In this document: one piece after another, positions 1 to 10,747 of the stretch
Numbering within the stretch: position 1 is the first letter of the stretch
Layout: each line of letters starts with the position of its first letter
Source: Octopus bimaculoides
Lineage: Eukaryota
Direction: 5' to 3'
Length of the DNA stretch: 64,000 bases
Assembly: GCF_001194135.2 (NCBI RefSeq)
Contig: NC_068989.1
Coordinates: forward strand, 41,491,586-41,555,585
Notes under the pieces: model-generated
The model's input: the letters and a program-made list of their open reading frames with translations, nothing else
Databases searched by the model: none
What the model was told of the DNA's origin: nothing
Made by a program: the position numbers and the translations under genes

Positions 1-1085
1 GGAAACTAGGGATAGATGAGTGGTTAGTAAGAGCTGTACAGGGATGCAGTTAGTAAGGTGAGGGTCAGCAACGAGTATAGTGAAGAATTCTGGGTAGAAG
101 TAGGGGTTCGCCAAGGATCAGTCCTCAGCCCCTCCTATTTATCATAGTCCTCCAGGCAATAACAGAGGAATTCAAGACAGGATGTCACTGGGAGCTCTTT
201 TATGCTGATGACCTTGCTCTCATAGCTGAATCACTATCAGAACTAGAGATAATATTTCAGGTGTGGAAGCAAGGTCTAGAATCAAAGGGCCTTAGAGTCA
301 ACATATCAAAAACCAAAGTCCTAATAAGTAGGAAGGCGGATAAGTCACAAAAGCCCTTCAGATACATGGCCCTGCTTGATCTGTAGAAAAGGTGTAGGTA
401 GAAACTCCATAAGATGTACCCAATGTAAGCTATGGACAAATAAGAGGTGCAGCAATATCAAAGGAAGGTTAACTGTGATGATAGTTTTTGTGTGCGGCAG
501 ATGCACAGGGGCAATAAACACCAAAGATGTTCAGAAAACAGATTCTATCACATGCCAGGGTGAGAAACTAGAAGTAGTTGATAGCTTCTGCTGCCTAGGT
601 GACCAAGTTTGTAATAGGGGTGAATACTCTGAGAGTGTTGCCACTAGAATAAGAATAGCCTGGAAAAAGTTCAGAAAGCTCCTACCTCTTGCTGGTAACA
701 AAGGGCCTCTCGCTCAGAGTAAAAGGTAGACTGTATGATGCATGTGTGTGATCAGCCATGTTACACAGCAGTGAAACATGGGCCATGACTGTTGAGGACA
801 TACATAGGCTTGAAAGAAATGAATCTAGTATGATCAACTGGATGTGTAATGTCAGTGTGCACACACAACAGAGTGTAAGCACCCTGAGAGAAATGTTGGA
901 CGTAAAAAGCATCAGATGTGGTGTACAAGAGAGACGACTGCGCTGGTATGTGCTGTGTATGGATGAGGAGAGCTGTGTGAAAAAGTGTCACAACCTAACA
1001 GTGGAAAGAACCCGTGGAAGAGAGAGACCCAGAAAGACATGGGATGAGGTGGTGGAGCACGACCTTCAAGCGTTAGAGGCAATGA
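1..1085 (+). mobile_element. RTE-clade LINE, degenerate reverse transcriptase C-terminal half
   Basis: Frameshifted translation gives RT motifs VGVRQGSVLSPLLFII, ELFYADDLALIAES, GLRVNISKTKV and the RTE C-terminus RRLRWY...RGRERPRKTWDEVV. Confidence 0.9.
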
Positions 1086-1517
1086 TCACAATAAGCAGTC
1101 AGCTACCCTACTGTAGTCGTTACTACTCCCCAATGTAGGATTCCTCACCATACAGGTGACAAGCACAGCCGTAAGATGCATTACTGGGTCACACATAGAC
1201 CCCCAATGGTAACATTGATTTCAAGGCCTTCCCAGATGAGTGACTGGTTATTGAAAGACATTTATAGATTGTAAATCTATTCTGTCCAGTTACCTATCAG
1301 TATAGTGGTCATTTGCAAACTCCAGAGGTGACACTTTCATTTCCCCTTAGCCTTCACGTCACACAGTTGTTAATGTTTCAGTTGGGTCACGCCCTTCCAA
1401 TTGCTATAGATCCGTAATGCATCTTACGGCTGTGCCTGTCACCTGTATGGTGAGAAATCCTACATTGGGGAATAGTAACGACTACGGTAGGGTAGCTGAC
1501 TGCTTATTGTGATCATT
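1081..1517. mobile_element. MITE/fold-back element with 104-bp terminal inverted repeats
   Basis: 1081-1184 is the reverse complement of 1414-1517 with 4 mismatches by eye; the ~230-bp interior is non-coding. Confidence 0.85.
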
Positions 1518-1978
1518 TCTCTTTTGGTTTCTTGTAGCTTTGTTCTCTTTTACAAATCCAGTGAACACACATATATTTCCTATTTCAAAGAAATTCGAAC
1601 AATACATATAAGACCCAAGTTAAAAAGATTCTCAACAATTCAACTTCTGTGGTGGACATTAAGACACCTACCCCCAATAGGGGCCTTAACACCCACATTT
1701 TAGAGCTCCATGACCTCCATTTTTCAGGAGCAAAATCCTTTTAACAGGTTCCATAAGACAGGAATTTTGGAATCTGCGCATAAAGATGAGTAGTATGGGA
1801 TGCATATGTCATGATTAGAATTTTTTTAGGGTGTGTAAAGACGGAAAGAACCCACATCTGCAATTCTGATGAAATTCGAATCATAGATATTCCAGTTCAT
1901 TACAGAAAATATAACAGAAAAGTCTAATTCTTCAATTGCATGTAACACGGGCAATGCCGGGTATCTCTGCTAGTATTT
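1518..1978 (-). mobile_element. Possible non-autonomous Helitron-like element (5' end near 1975)
   Basis: Minus strand reads ACTAGCAGAGATACCCGGCATTGCCCG, resembling Helitron/HINE 5' termini; 3' boundary not determined. Confidence 0.3.
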
Positions 1979-2695
1979 ATATAAAAAGGAATACCAAAAA
2001 TGGGACAAGAACGCAAAACATCCAGACAGTTAGAGGATACAAAAAAGGGACAACAAAACATCCAGACAGACAATACAAAAAAACAAGGACGGGTCATTTG
2101 GAGTTTTCTTTCTTCAGTCGAGTTCCAGATTATCTTTGCAATTTCGCCTGGTTATACTTGAGATTGCTCCAATCTGGCCAGCCCCAAGGAAAACCTAAGC
2201 TAAGAGCACTAGATTCAAGCAGCAAATGTATACGAAAACAAGGACGGAAAAAAACGGAGAAATGGTACACAAATACAAATGCAAATAACAGGACATAACA
2301 AAAGGTGTCTTTCGACTAAGGATGAATTAAATTAAGCTGGCGTCTGTGGAGGTGAAGCCTTACAGCAGGGACATAAGAAATGACAGGCATAGGGAGGAAT
2401 ATAGATGTTGCATGGATGGTAGTCGAACCAAGAAAGAAAGGTCGGGCTTGGCCGAACACCAGTCACGGGGAGAGAGAAGAGTGAGAGATAGAGGCAGAGG
2501 GATAGAAGAATTAGGGAGGGACGAGAAAAAAAGAAAAGAGACATAGTGAAGTGAAAGAGGAGGGAAGGTGAGAATGACAAGAAAGCCAGGAAATGTGAGA
2601 GAGGGGGAACGAAAGAAAGAAGAGTGGAAAGAACAAAGTAAGTGTGAAGGGGCTGAATGAAAGAATAATAGAGTCGTACAAAATTTATATATATG

Positions 2696-3676
2696 NNNNN
2701 NNNNNNNNNNNNNNNNNNNNNNNNNNNNNNNNNNNNNNNNNNNNNNNNNNNNNNNNNNNNNNNNNNNNNNNNNNNNNNNNNNNNNNNNNNNNNNNNNNNN
2801 NNNNNNNNNNNNNNNNNNNNNNNNNNNNNNNNNNNNNNNNNNNNNNNNNNNNNNNNNNNNNNNNNNNNNNNNNNNNNNNNNNNNNNNNNNNNNNNNNNNN
2901 NNNNNNNNNNNNNNNNNNNNNNNNNNNNNNNNNNNNNNNNNNNNNNNNNNNNNNNNNNNNNNNNNNNNNNNNNNNNNNNNNNNNNNNNNNNNNNNNNNNN
3001 NNNNNNNNNNNNNNNNNNNNNNNNNNNNNNNNNNNNNNNNNNNNNNNNNNNNNNNNNNNNNNNNNNNNNNNNNNNNNNNNNNNNNNNNNNNNNNNNNNNN
3101 NNNNNNNNNNNNNNNNNNNNNNNNNNNNNNNNNNNNNNNNNNNNNNNNNNNNNNNNNNNNNNNNNNNNNNNNNNNNNNNNNNNNNNNNNNNNNNNNNNNN
3201 NNNNNNNNNNNNNNNNNNNNNNNNNNNNNNNNNNNNNNNNNNNNNNNNNNNNNNNNNNNNNNNNNNNNNNNNNNNNNNNNNNNNNNNNNNNNNNNNNNNN
3301 NNNNNNNNNNNNNNNNNNNNNNNNNNNNNNNNNNNNNNNNNNNNNNNNNNNNNNNNNNNNNNNNNNNNNNNNNNNNNNNNNNNNNNNNNNNNNNNNNNNN
3401 NNNNNNNNNNNNNNNNNNNNNNNNNNNNNNNNNNNNNNNNNNNNNNNNNNNNNNNNNNNNNNNNNNNNNNNNNNNNNNNNNNNNNNNNNNNNNNNNNNNN
3501 NNNNNNNNNNNNNNNNNNNNNNNNNNNNNNNNNNNNNNNNNNNNNNNNNNNNNNNNNNNNNNNNNNNNNNNNNNNNNNNNNNNNNNNNNNNNNNNNNNNN
3601 NNNNNNNNNNNNNNNNNNNNNNNNNNNNNNNNNNNNNNNNNNNNNNNNNNNNNNNNNNNNNNNNNNNNNNNNNNNN
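2696..3676. other. Assembly gap (N run) flanked by (TA)n microsatellite
   Basis: Run of N; other gaps at 11433-12177, 26177-26245, 28224-28417 and 59053-59062. Confidence 1.
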
Positions 3677-3727
<51 letters not shown>

Positions 3728-3728
3728 A

Positions 3729-3759
<31 letters not shown>

Positions 3760-4070
3760 CACATATATATACATAGATGTGTGTGTCTGTGTCTGTGTGC
3801 ATGAGTGTATGTGTGTATGAGTGTGCGTGTGTGTGTGTGTTACCTTGCCTTGACATCATGTGATAGTTGTAAACAAGTCTCACTGTCAGAGAAGCAGTGT
3901 CATTCATTTCCAATATTCTGTGTGAACATGTCTAGCCATGGGGGAAATATTACCTTAGTTGGAAACAGGTGAGGGTCAGTGACAGAAAATGCGTCTGGTT
4001 GTGGAAAATCTGCACCAAATAAACTCCATCTAATCCATGCAAGCATGGAAAAGTGGATGTTAAATGAAAG
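3677..4070 (+). repeat. (TA)n/(CA)n/(TG)n microsatellite followed by SINE 3' module B
   Basis: Module CCTTGCCTTGACATCATGTGATAGTTGTAAAC...GGAAACAGGTGAGGG...GCATGGAAAAGTGGATGTTAAATGA recurs near 33180, 37650, 38480(-), 51150 and 60240(-). Confidence 0.75.
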
Positions 4071-4190
4071 AGGGCAGGAGGAAGGAAGGAAGGACAAACA
4101 GATGGATGGATGGACAGACAGACAGACAAACAGATTGGCACAATGGTATATAAAGCTCTGAATGTATACAATGTTATATTGGCTACTTAC

Positions 4191-4237
4191 TGCTTGGAGT
4201 CCAAAGGACAAGGAATCCTCTTTCGTCTTGTCGGATC
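4191..4237 (-). CDS. TRMT13: TRMT13 exon 2 (47 nt, phase 0 to phase 2): DPTRRKRIPCPLDSK(H)
   Basis: Acceptor ttttcataatag|GAT and donor CA|gtaagt. The peptide matches the conserved RKRIxCPLDxKH start of the TRM13 second zinc finger and joins exon 1 in frame. Confidence 0.88.
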
Positions 4238-4769
4238 CTATTATGAAAATATAGAAGACAAACAAATGCAATTACTGGTATATTACAATGATGAAGGCAA
4301 AAATTATTGGTTTTGTAGTGGTCACTAACTGAACAACATAAGCATCATCAACTACAACATCATTATAACATACTTCACCAAAGTATACTTCAGGTCCCAC
4401 TAGTCTCAAATATTCAATGTCCAGCATCTTACAACTGCTTCTGTTTAAAAGAGCCAGTTTTGTGAACATTAACCCCACCATTCTGACAATCTATTTATTA
4501 TACCAGGTGTAGAAAAACTATGATCTTTGAGGCTCTTAAGTGCATAAAACAATAAATGTTTGTTGATTGTATGGTAGCTATATTTATTGCTACTAGCAGG
4601 ACCCATGGAAATTCCACAGAACAAAAAAGATTAAGAGAAGCTATTTAACAGAGAAAGGATGGCATTTGAGAGCATAAAGATTAAAATTGTAGTTGAGAAA
4701 ATGTTAGTTGACGTAGAGGACTGGAAGCTATCTGAATATTGGAAAAACATTACCAGTATCATGGTTCAT

Positions 4770-5477
4770 GCTGGATATCAAAATGCCAACATTATAACTG
4801 TTGTCCAATGCTCTGTGAATACTGTAAAGGCTGTAAAATGTGGCACTGATAGCTGCATGGCTTCCATGTCATGTCTTATAGTTGTGGCCAACAGAAAGCT
4901 ATGGGCAGCAGGAAGGGAAACTGTAAGCATTCTGAGTGTGTTCACATGCCTGAATTCATCCCCACATCTTTGAACAGAGCTTTATGTTCAATTCAGATGG
5001 CTATTTGACTGTGGTCAACCCCTGGTTAGAAACAGTTGCTGTTGGAAGGCCATATTTGTGGCAGCAGAATTCAGCTCCTTGCCGTACCTCCAGAAAGAGT
5101 CAGAAGTGGTTGTTGGAGAATTTCTATAACTTCACCAGCCCCAATTTCTGATCTCCTAATTTCCTCAGTTATAATCCCATGGATTACTATGTGTGGGCCA
5201 CAGTTGAGAAAGCCATCAACCACTTTGCCTGCAACACCAAGACTGAGCTGGTTACCAAGGATCAGGGAGGCATTGAAAGATCTTCTCAGGAATGCATACA
5301 CCAGGTTCCAGAGCTGTCTTGAGGCTGTAGTGGAAGCTGAGGGTAGTTACTTTGGGTAAACTGTTACCTTCCAGCCATAATTGATATTTTTTTATTTTTC
5401 AAATACTTTTATTTTTGGATTGAATACTGTTTTCATTTCCTTTTATGCAAATTGTTGAATTTAGCCCAAACACCCTG
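4770..5477 (+). mobile_element. Tc1/mariner-superfamily transposase remnant
   Basis: Degenerate translation RPYLWQQNSAPC...SPNF..NPMDYYVWATVEK...RFQSCLEAVVEAEGSYF; terminus-like CACCCTG at 5471-5477. Confidence 0.8.
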
Positions 5478-5599
5478 CACAGTACAATATATTACATAGG
5501 CTAATAAAATATATCTGAAAAAAAAAATGGGTCAAAGGTTCTTCCAAGCCATGGGCTCATGAGGCTAGTTTGCCAGATTCTGTGACGTATATATTCCCT

Positions 5600-5890
5600 C
5601 ACTGGAATATGCTGTGCGGCAGCACATAAAAGCACCTGTGCAGTTCCAAGTAAAAGTACCTGTGTAGTGTCACATAAAAGTGCCTGTGCAGTGCCATATA
5701 AAAATGCCCATGCAGTGCCACATAAAGGCACCTGGCACACTCTGTCAAGTGGTTGGTGTTAGGAAGGGCATCAAACTGTAGAAACCATGCCAAATCAGAC
5801 TGGAGTCTGGTGCAGCTTCTCAGCTTGCCAGCCCTGGTTAAACCATCTACCCTATGCCAGAATGGACATTAAATGATGATGATGATGGAT
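5600..5890 (+). mobile_element. RTE-tail SINE/non-autonomous element with ~24-bp internal tandem repeat
   Basis: About five GCACATAAAAGCACCTGTGCAGT-like units, then GGTGTTAGGAAGGGCATC...GGACATTAAATGATGATGATG, a tail shared with many copies in the window. Confidence 0.75.
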
Positions 5891-5924
5891 GGGATGTCAG
5901 TCTGTCATAAACTTACTTATTCTT

Positions 5925-6030
5925 GCCATATGAAATTAAGTGTTTTGCTCAAGAACACAACGCATTGCCTGGTCGAGGAATGTTATGACCATAGGTGCAA
6001 CACCCTAACCACTAAGCCATGTGCTTCCTC
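5925..6030 (-). mobile_element. tRNA-derived SINE head fragment
   Basis: Reverse complement GAAGCACATGGCTTAGTGGTTAGGGTGTTG...GTGTTCTTGAGCAAAACAC matches the heads at 13817(+) and 13415(-). Confidence 0.65.
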
Positions 6031-6189
6031 AATAAAATATATAGCATGACATATAGTATAAAACATATAGCAAGATACATAGCATATTACAATATATAGC
6101 ACAATACATTAAATAGTATAATGCAAGATATAGGGGATGAAGTGAGGGGGAGAGAAACAGGAACTTGCCACCAAAGAAAAGCACACTCA

Positions 6190-6350
6190 ACTAAAGGGAA
6201 AACCAGTAGTGCTGGTAGAGAACTCCTTCAAATGTGTGACTGCCACTCTAGTGTGGGCCTCTTCAGCCACAGCAGATGCTGCACCACCATCAGCAGCTGA
6301 TACAATTTCTTTAAGTGCAGATCCATGGTCTCTCGAGACCAACAGAAGTC
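6190..6350 (+). mobile_element. RTE LINE 3' end
   Basis: Translation CDCHSSVGLFSHSRCCTT resembles the RTE C-terminal Cys/His motif; followed by ATCCATGGTCTCTCGAGACC, an RTE-like 3'UTR. Confidence 0.6.
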
Positions 6351-7290
6351 TACTATATACATATATACACACACATCTACTATATAAATGTGAATGTATG
6401 TGATTTTGTATATTAATTTAGCCTTGTAAAGCTCTGAAACCATGCATGCATCCTCAAGAAAAATGAATCTGATTTTTAAAATCTTCATCCTAAAGAGGGT
6501 GCTGTCCATAATTAATAATAAAACAATATAATTTTCTATGAGAAGTTCTATAGGTCTTTTTTGCCAAACTGCTAAGTTATGGGGACATAAATACACCAAC
6601 ACTACTTATCTCACACAAACACACACTATACATACATAAAAAAAAAAAATATATATATATATATAGTGTGTGATAGATTATATAGAATAATACATGTTCG
6701 GTTTGTTTTAATAAACTCTGTATAGTGTCATGTAGCACAGTGAAAATTCAGAGGAAATAGACCTCAAAATTAAAACCAACTTAGTTTTCGAGTGAATGAA
6801 TGATCAGCCAATAAGTATCTCTTCAGTTGACAATTCACTGTAACAAGAGAAACATTTGATGTGGTTGATTGGTTCTTCTTCAGAAATCATTATTAGTCTC
6901 TTGGTGGTCTTAATGATGGTAAAAGGTTAAATGAAGGACACAACTTTTACATTATCTAAATTGTATTTAGTAAGCGAGGTCAATCATCCAAATTAAATTA
7001 AATTATGATTGGTTTTGCTTTCAAAGTTAAATGTCACACGAGCTGAGGTCATGATGACCTTCACTGGCAAAATGATTGTCAGAGAATGGAATAGCTGGCT
7101 AGTTTCTTGTGTGTGTGTATGGGGTGGGAATGAATGATGTAGAACAAAATACATGAAAAGCAGCTACATGGTTATTGAATTTGTGTTTACTGACCATAGT
7201 CCATTCTCAGCTATAGTGTTCTGAATTCAGACGAAATTGGAGGCTACTCAAGGAGTGATATGAAAACATTTCAGTAATAATTATTTTTAC

Positions 7291-7625
7291 AAGTGCAGGT
7301 GTGGCTATGTAGTAAGAATCTTGCATCCCAATAATAAGGTAGACAGGAACTGAAAGAAACTCATGAGTGTGTGCATGCGTGTGTGTGTGTGAAACTGTGA
7401 GTGTGTGTGTATGCATTTGTTTCCCACCATCACCATCAAACAACTGGTGTTGATTTGTTTACGTCTCCCATAACTTAGTGGTTCAGCAAAAGGGACCAAT
7501 AGAATAAGTAACCATTTAAAAAGTAAGTCTTGGGAGTGAATTCATTCAACTTCAAAACTCTTCAAAGAAGTGCCCCAGTATATGGTTCTAGTCCAATGAC
7601 TAAAAACAGGTAAAAAATAAAAGAA
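7291..7625 (+). mobile_element. tRNA-derived SINE (internally deleted head, TG spacer, 3' module A)
   Basis: GGTGTGGCTATGTAGTAAG head, GGAACTGAAAGAA, (TG)n, then GTTTACGTCTCCCATAACTTAGTGGTTCAGCAAAAG...AATGACTAAAA. Confidence 0.65.
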
Positions 7626-8529
7626 ATATATATCCACAGATACACAGTGTTATTGCGGCAGAGGCAGGCTAAGTAGACTCAAGCAGTGCTGGCCTTGTAC
7701 TAAAATTTGAAACCAATATTATTTGTAATAGACCAACATTCTGCTTTGTCTTGGTTAGGAAAATTGTCTTGAATTTACATTTTTTAATCTACAACAATTG
7801 GTAAAGAAGATTATAAAAGACTTTTTCTGGATCTACAACATTGAGTATGCGCATTGGAGGGTGTGGCTGCATCTCAAATGGGTAGACCCAATTATCTCTA
7901 GTTAAACTTTGCTATAATGGAAACAAAATTGATTTACATTACATATCAATTATAGGCCAATATTTTAATTATCACAGAATAACATCAAATAAAATCAATT
8001 GCTTGAGATTTCACAACTGGTTATAAATCAATGGCAGTTTAGGATTTATGATCGCAAAAATATAGGGTTGTAATGGACATTATCTAAATAACTGAAGTAA
8101 TCTCTATAGTATCAGTCTTATCATTCTTTTGTTTAACATCTGTTTTTCCATGCAAACATGGGTTAGAGGGACGCTTATTTGAGGAAACCTTCCTGTAGCC
8201 AAACCACACCTGTTTTTCAAGCAAGGGATTTTTTTGTTGTTGTTGCTTTATTGGTCTTGGAAAGAGCAGATATACAGAATGTAATGTCAACAAGGAATGT
8301 AAATATCAGGTTGAGTAAAAAGTAAGCGACGTTTTTGAAGCACAAAGAATATGTACCAGGTTTTTGCAGAGTTATGGATTTTTTTTAAAACATTTTTTTT
8401 TGCAATTGTCTCATAATACAGACATAAGACTTTCCCAAATGCATCAATAAATTAACATTGATATTTTTTCACCGTTGTTACAATCATCTGAAATGGAACT
8501 GTTAAAGCACGATAGTCAAGCAATTTTGC

Positions 8530-8838
8530 TATTCAACTTCAAATACTTCTATTAGTGTACACCATAGACTTAATGAACCCCCAAATGCTCTTAACCCCAA
8601 GATTCCGAGTTCGATTCCAGGCAGTGACCTGACTAATAATAATAATAATAATAACAACAACAACATTGAAAAATAACTAAGGAATGAGAACCCAGGTTCG
8701 AAATTTCCCCAAGACACCTGATGAAGGCTGGTGGGTATATCAGCCAAAACGTTGTGTTAACAACAAACAAGATGAGGACAAATATCCGTCAATTGTAAAT
8801 AATGTACATAGTTCCTCATCTCTTAAATATAGAACTGT
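8530..8838 (+). mobile_element. Penelope-like terminal (pLTR-type) repeat containing a hammerhead ribozyme motif
   Basis: GACAC-CTGATGA-A-GGCTG(10-nt loop)CAGCC-AAAAC-GTT-GTGTT at 8713-8758 after an (AAT)n/(AAC)n tract; element class inferred from this motif. Confidence 0.6.
8713..8758 (+). ncRNA. Minimal type-I hammerhead ribozyme motif, G12>A substituted (probably inactive in this copy)
   Basis: Core CUGAUGA 8718-8724; stem II 8726-8730/8741-8745; (G>A)AAA 8746-8749; palindromic AACGUU; stem I GACAC/GUGUU. Confidence 0.6.
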
Positions 8839-8928
8839 ACTATTATTATGATTATTAAATTAAATTGGAAGAGCCCTTACAAGAAAACACCCTCCCCACC
8901 ACTAACGATTATAATTGCATAGGTCGTA

Positions 8929-9986
8929 GAGACCCTCCCACAAATGATGATTAAATATAGGATTGTAATAATAATAATTAATAATAATAGTTAGACAAGC
9001 TGTTAGTACTGTTTGAGTGTGTGTAGGTTTCTAATAAGCATGATCTTTGACGTAGAGAGACTCCTGGCCAGCAGCACCAACATTGCTTTCTACATTTTCA
9101 CTGACGGCTGCTTCACTATTGGCCTTGGCTCTTATGAGCAGCTCCTTCTGGATGGCTTCAGTGTTCTCATCCTTTCCTTGCCAAGCCTTCAATACACTGG
9201 CTTGGAGGGCATGGTCATATGAAAAGGCTAGGGCCCATGGCTTGAGTAAGGAACACATGTTAATGGCATTGAGGTTGATTGTTGCACCTTCTTCTGACTG
9301 ACAGGAAGGTCACATATGGTATAGCAGGGGAGATGGTTCTCTTCAGGGCTGTGATGTAGCCGAAGTATTCTGAATTTCTTTAGGCAGCTGTGTCCAGCTG
9401 TGCACATATTGGGTTTCAACAAATTACCTTCCAGAAAGATGTGGTGGTCCACAAGGGCTTTGTAAGTGAAACCCAGCACCACTTCTGTGACTTTCTGTGA
9501 AGTCTCCAAGTCATGTTTCCCATCAGGCAAGAATTCTGGTTCAACAATTGGCACCAGACCATTCTGTTGACTGATCATGGCATAACAAGCCAAGACATTG
9601 GCATTCTCCATCATGGCTTGGTATGAGGGAGTTTTAGATCCAATTTTCAATACACAGTGCCATTTGGCAAACTGGGCACCATCCTTCTTGTATTCAGCAC
9701 AGCACTCAGCCAGACCATCAAGACCTTGGGTGGTACATTCATTGAAGGTTCCTATTAAAGGAACAACACCTTTGTTAACCTTGATGCCAGAAATGATACA
9801 CTTGTCGTGGAACACTTTTACAAAAGGAACACCAGCACTGGTCTTCAGGTAGAACGTCTCATGGAATGTAATAACACAGCTGATCAATTTGGTACATTCT
9901 CAGTCGGCTGTAAACAACAATCCACGATAATGTCTAAGATTCTCCTCAGTGTTTTCAACATTGATGGCTGTGAGCCTCTTTCCCAT
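8929..9986 (-). pseudogene. ALDO: Processed pseudogene of class I fructose-bisphosphate aldolase, 5'-truncated
   Basis: Intronless MGKRLTAINVENTEEN...TTQGLDGL...AKWHCVLKI...LVPIVEPE...LLKPNM...KPWAL.FSY...LYVKDHAY*. In-frame stop at 9900-9902, two frameshifts near 9290-9370, and an 11-bp direct repeat CATAGGTCGTA at 8918-8928 and 9984-9994. Confidence 0.95.
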
Positions 9987-10059
9987 AGGTCGTAAGGCAG
10001 GACCAAATGGTTGAAGAAATAGACAGTAACATAAGTCTTAAAAATGGAGATGGCAGACG

Positions 10060-10527
10060 GAGTGAATGAATGAAAGGGAGAGATAGAAAGAATCCGTAAC
10101 TATTATTGAGAAAAAAAAAAAATAACACCACATTAATGTAGAGATTCTATGATTGTTCAAACTGAGAGGTTTTCTACAGTGCTTTTATTATTATTAAATA
10201 TAAATGTCTAGCTTGTTTATTTTTGTTTATGTGTGAAATGTTTACACAATTCTTCCTGAGCTATAATTGTCATTCTGTCACAAATACAGAGATAGAGTTA
10301 AGATTTTATGCATGTGTATATATATATATGTCAGAGCTGAAATAAAGTGAACATTTTATTGATAGCTGCTCTTTCAGATGACTGAGTGAATGAATAAACA
10401 GGAGAGGGAGAATGAGGGAGAGAGAATCCATAACTATTACTGAGAAGAAAAAAAAATAATAACACCACATTAATGTAGAGATTCTATGATTGTTGAAACT
10501 GAGAGATCTTCTACAGTGCTTTTATTT
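10060..10527. repeat. Local direct duplication of ~130-145 bp
   Basis: 10060-10190 and 10384-10527 share GAGTGAATGAAT...AATAACACCACATTAATGTAGAGATTCTATGATTGTT.AAACTGAGAG...CTACAGTGCTTT. Confidence 0.8.
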
Positions 10528-10681
10528 GAATAAGTCAGATAATCAGGAGAACAAAATTAATAAATTTTCTAAATGGGCTTTGATTTATGAGCCAAAGAAG
10601 GGGAAATAAAATGGCTATGAAGACAATTTCTTCAAAAGAACATATCATATTTGTTTGATGATACATACATACATATGTATC

Positions 10682-10747
<66 letters not shown>

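Noticed and set aside
2060-2345. Second hammerhead-like words on the minus strand (CTGAAGA near 2120, GTCGAAAG near 2315)
   Set aside because: The core halves are in the wrong order and no stem I/II pairing could be built.
2332-3913. Long ORFs of 300-517 aa in the track (also 11268-12346, 25931-26359, 28045-28509)
   Set aside because: They are artefacts of N runs and (TA)n/(TG)n microsatellites translating without stops.
4272-4481. 69-aa minus-strand ORF just upstream of TRMT13 exon 2
   Set aside because: No recognisable homology and no convincing splice sites.
5620-5740. Short regularly spaced repeats resembling a CRISPR array
   Set aside because: Units are contiguous and degenerate with no unique spacers, sit inside a eukaryotic retroposon, and have no cas genes nearby.
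6187-6403. Ala-rich ORFs that looked like a TRMT13 exon
   Set aside because: TRMT13 exons 1 and 2 join without a gap, and the segment is explained as an RTE 3' end.
9228-9887. 219-aa aldolase ORF as a functional gene
   Set aside because: It is 5'-truncated, has an upstream in-frame stop, two frameshifts and lost conserved arginines, and is flanked by a TSD.
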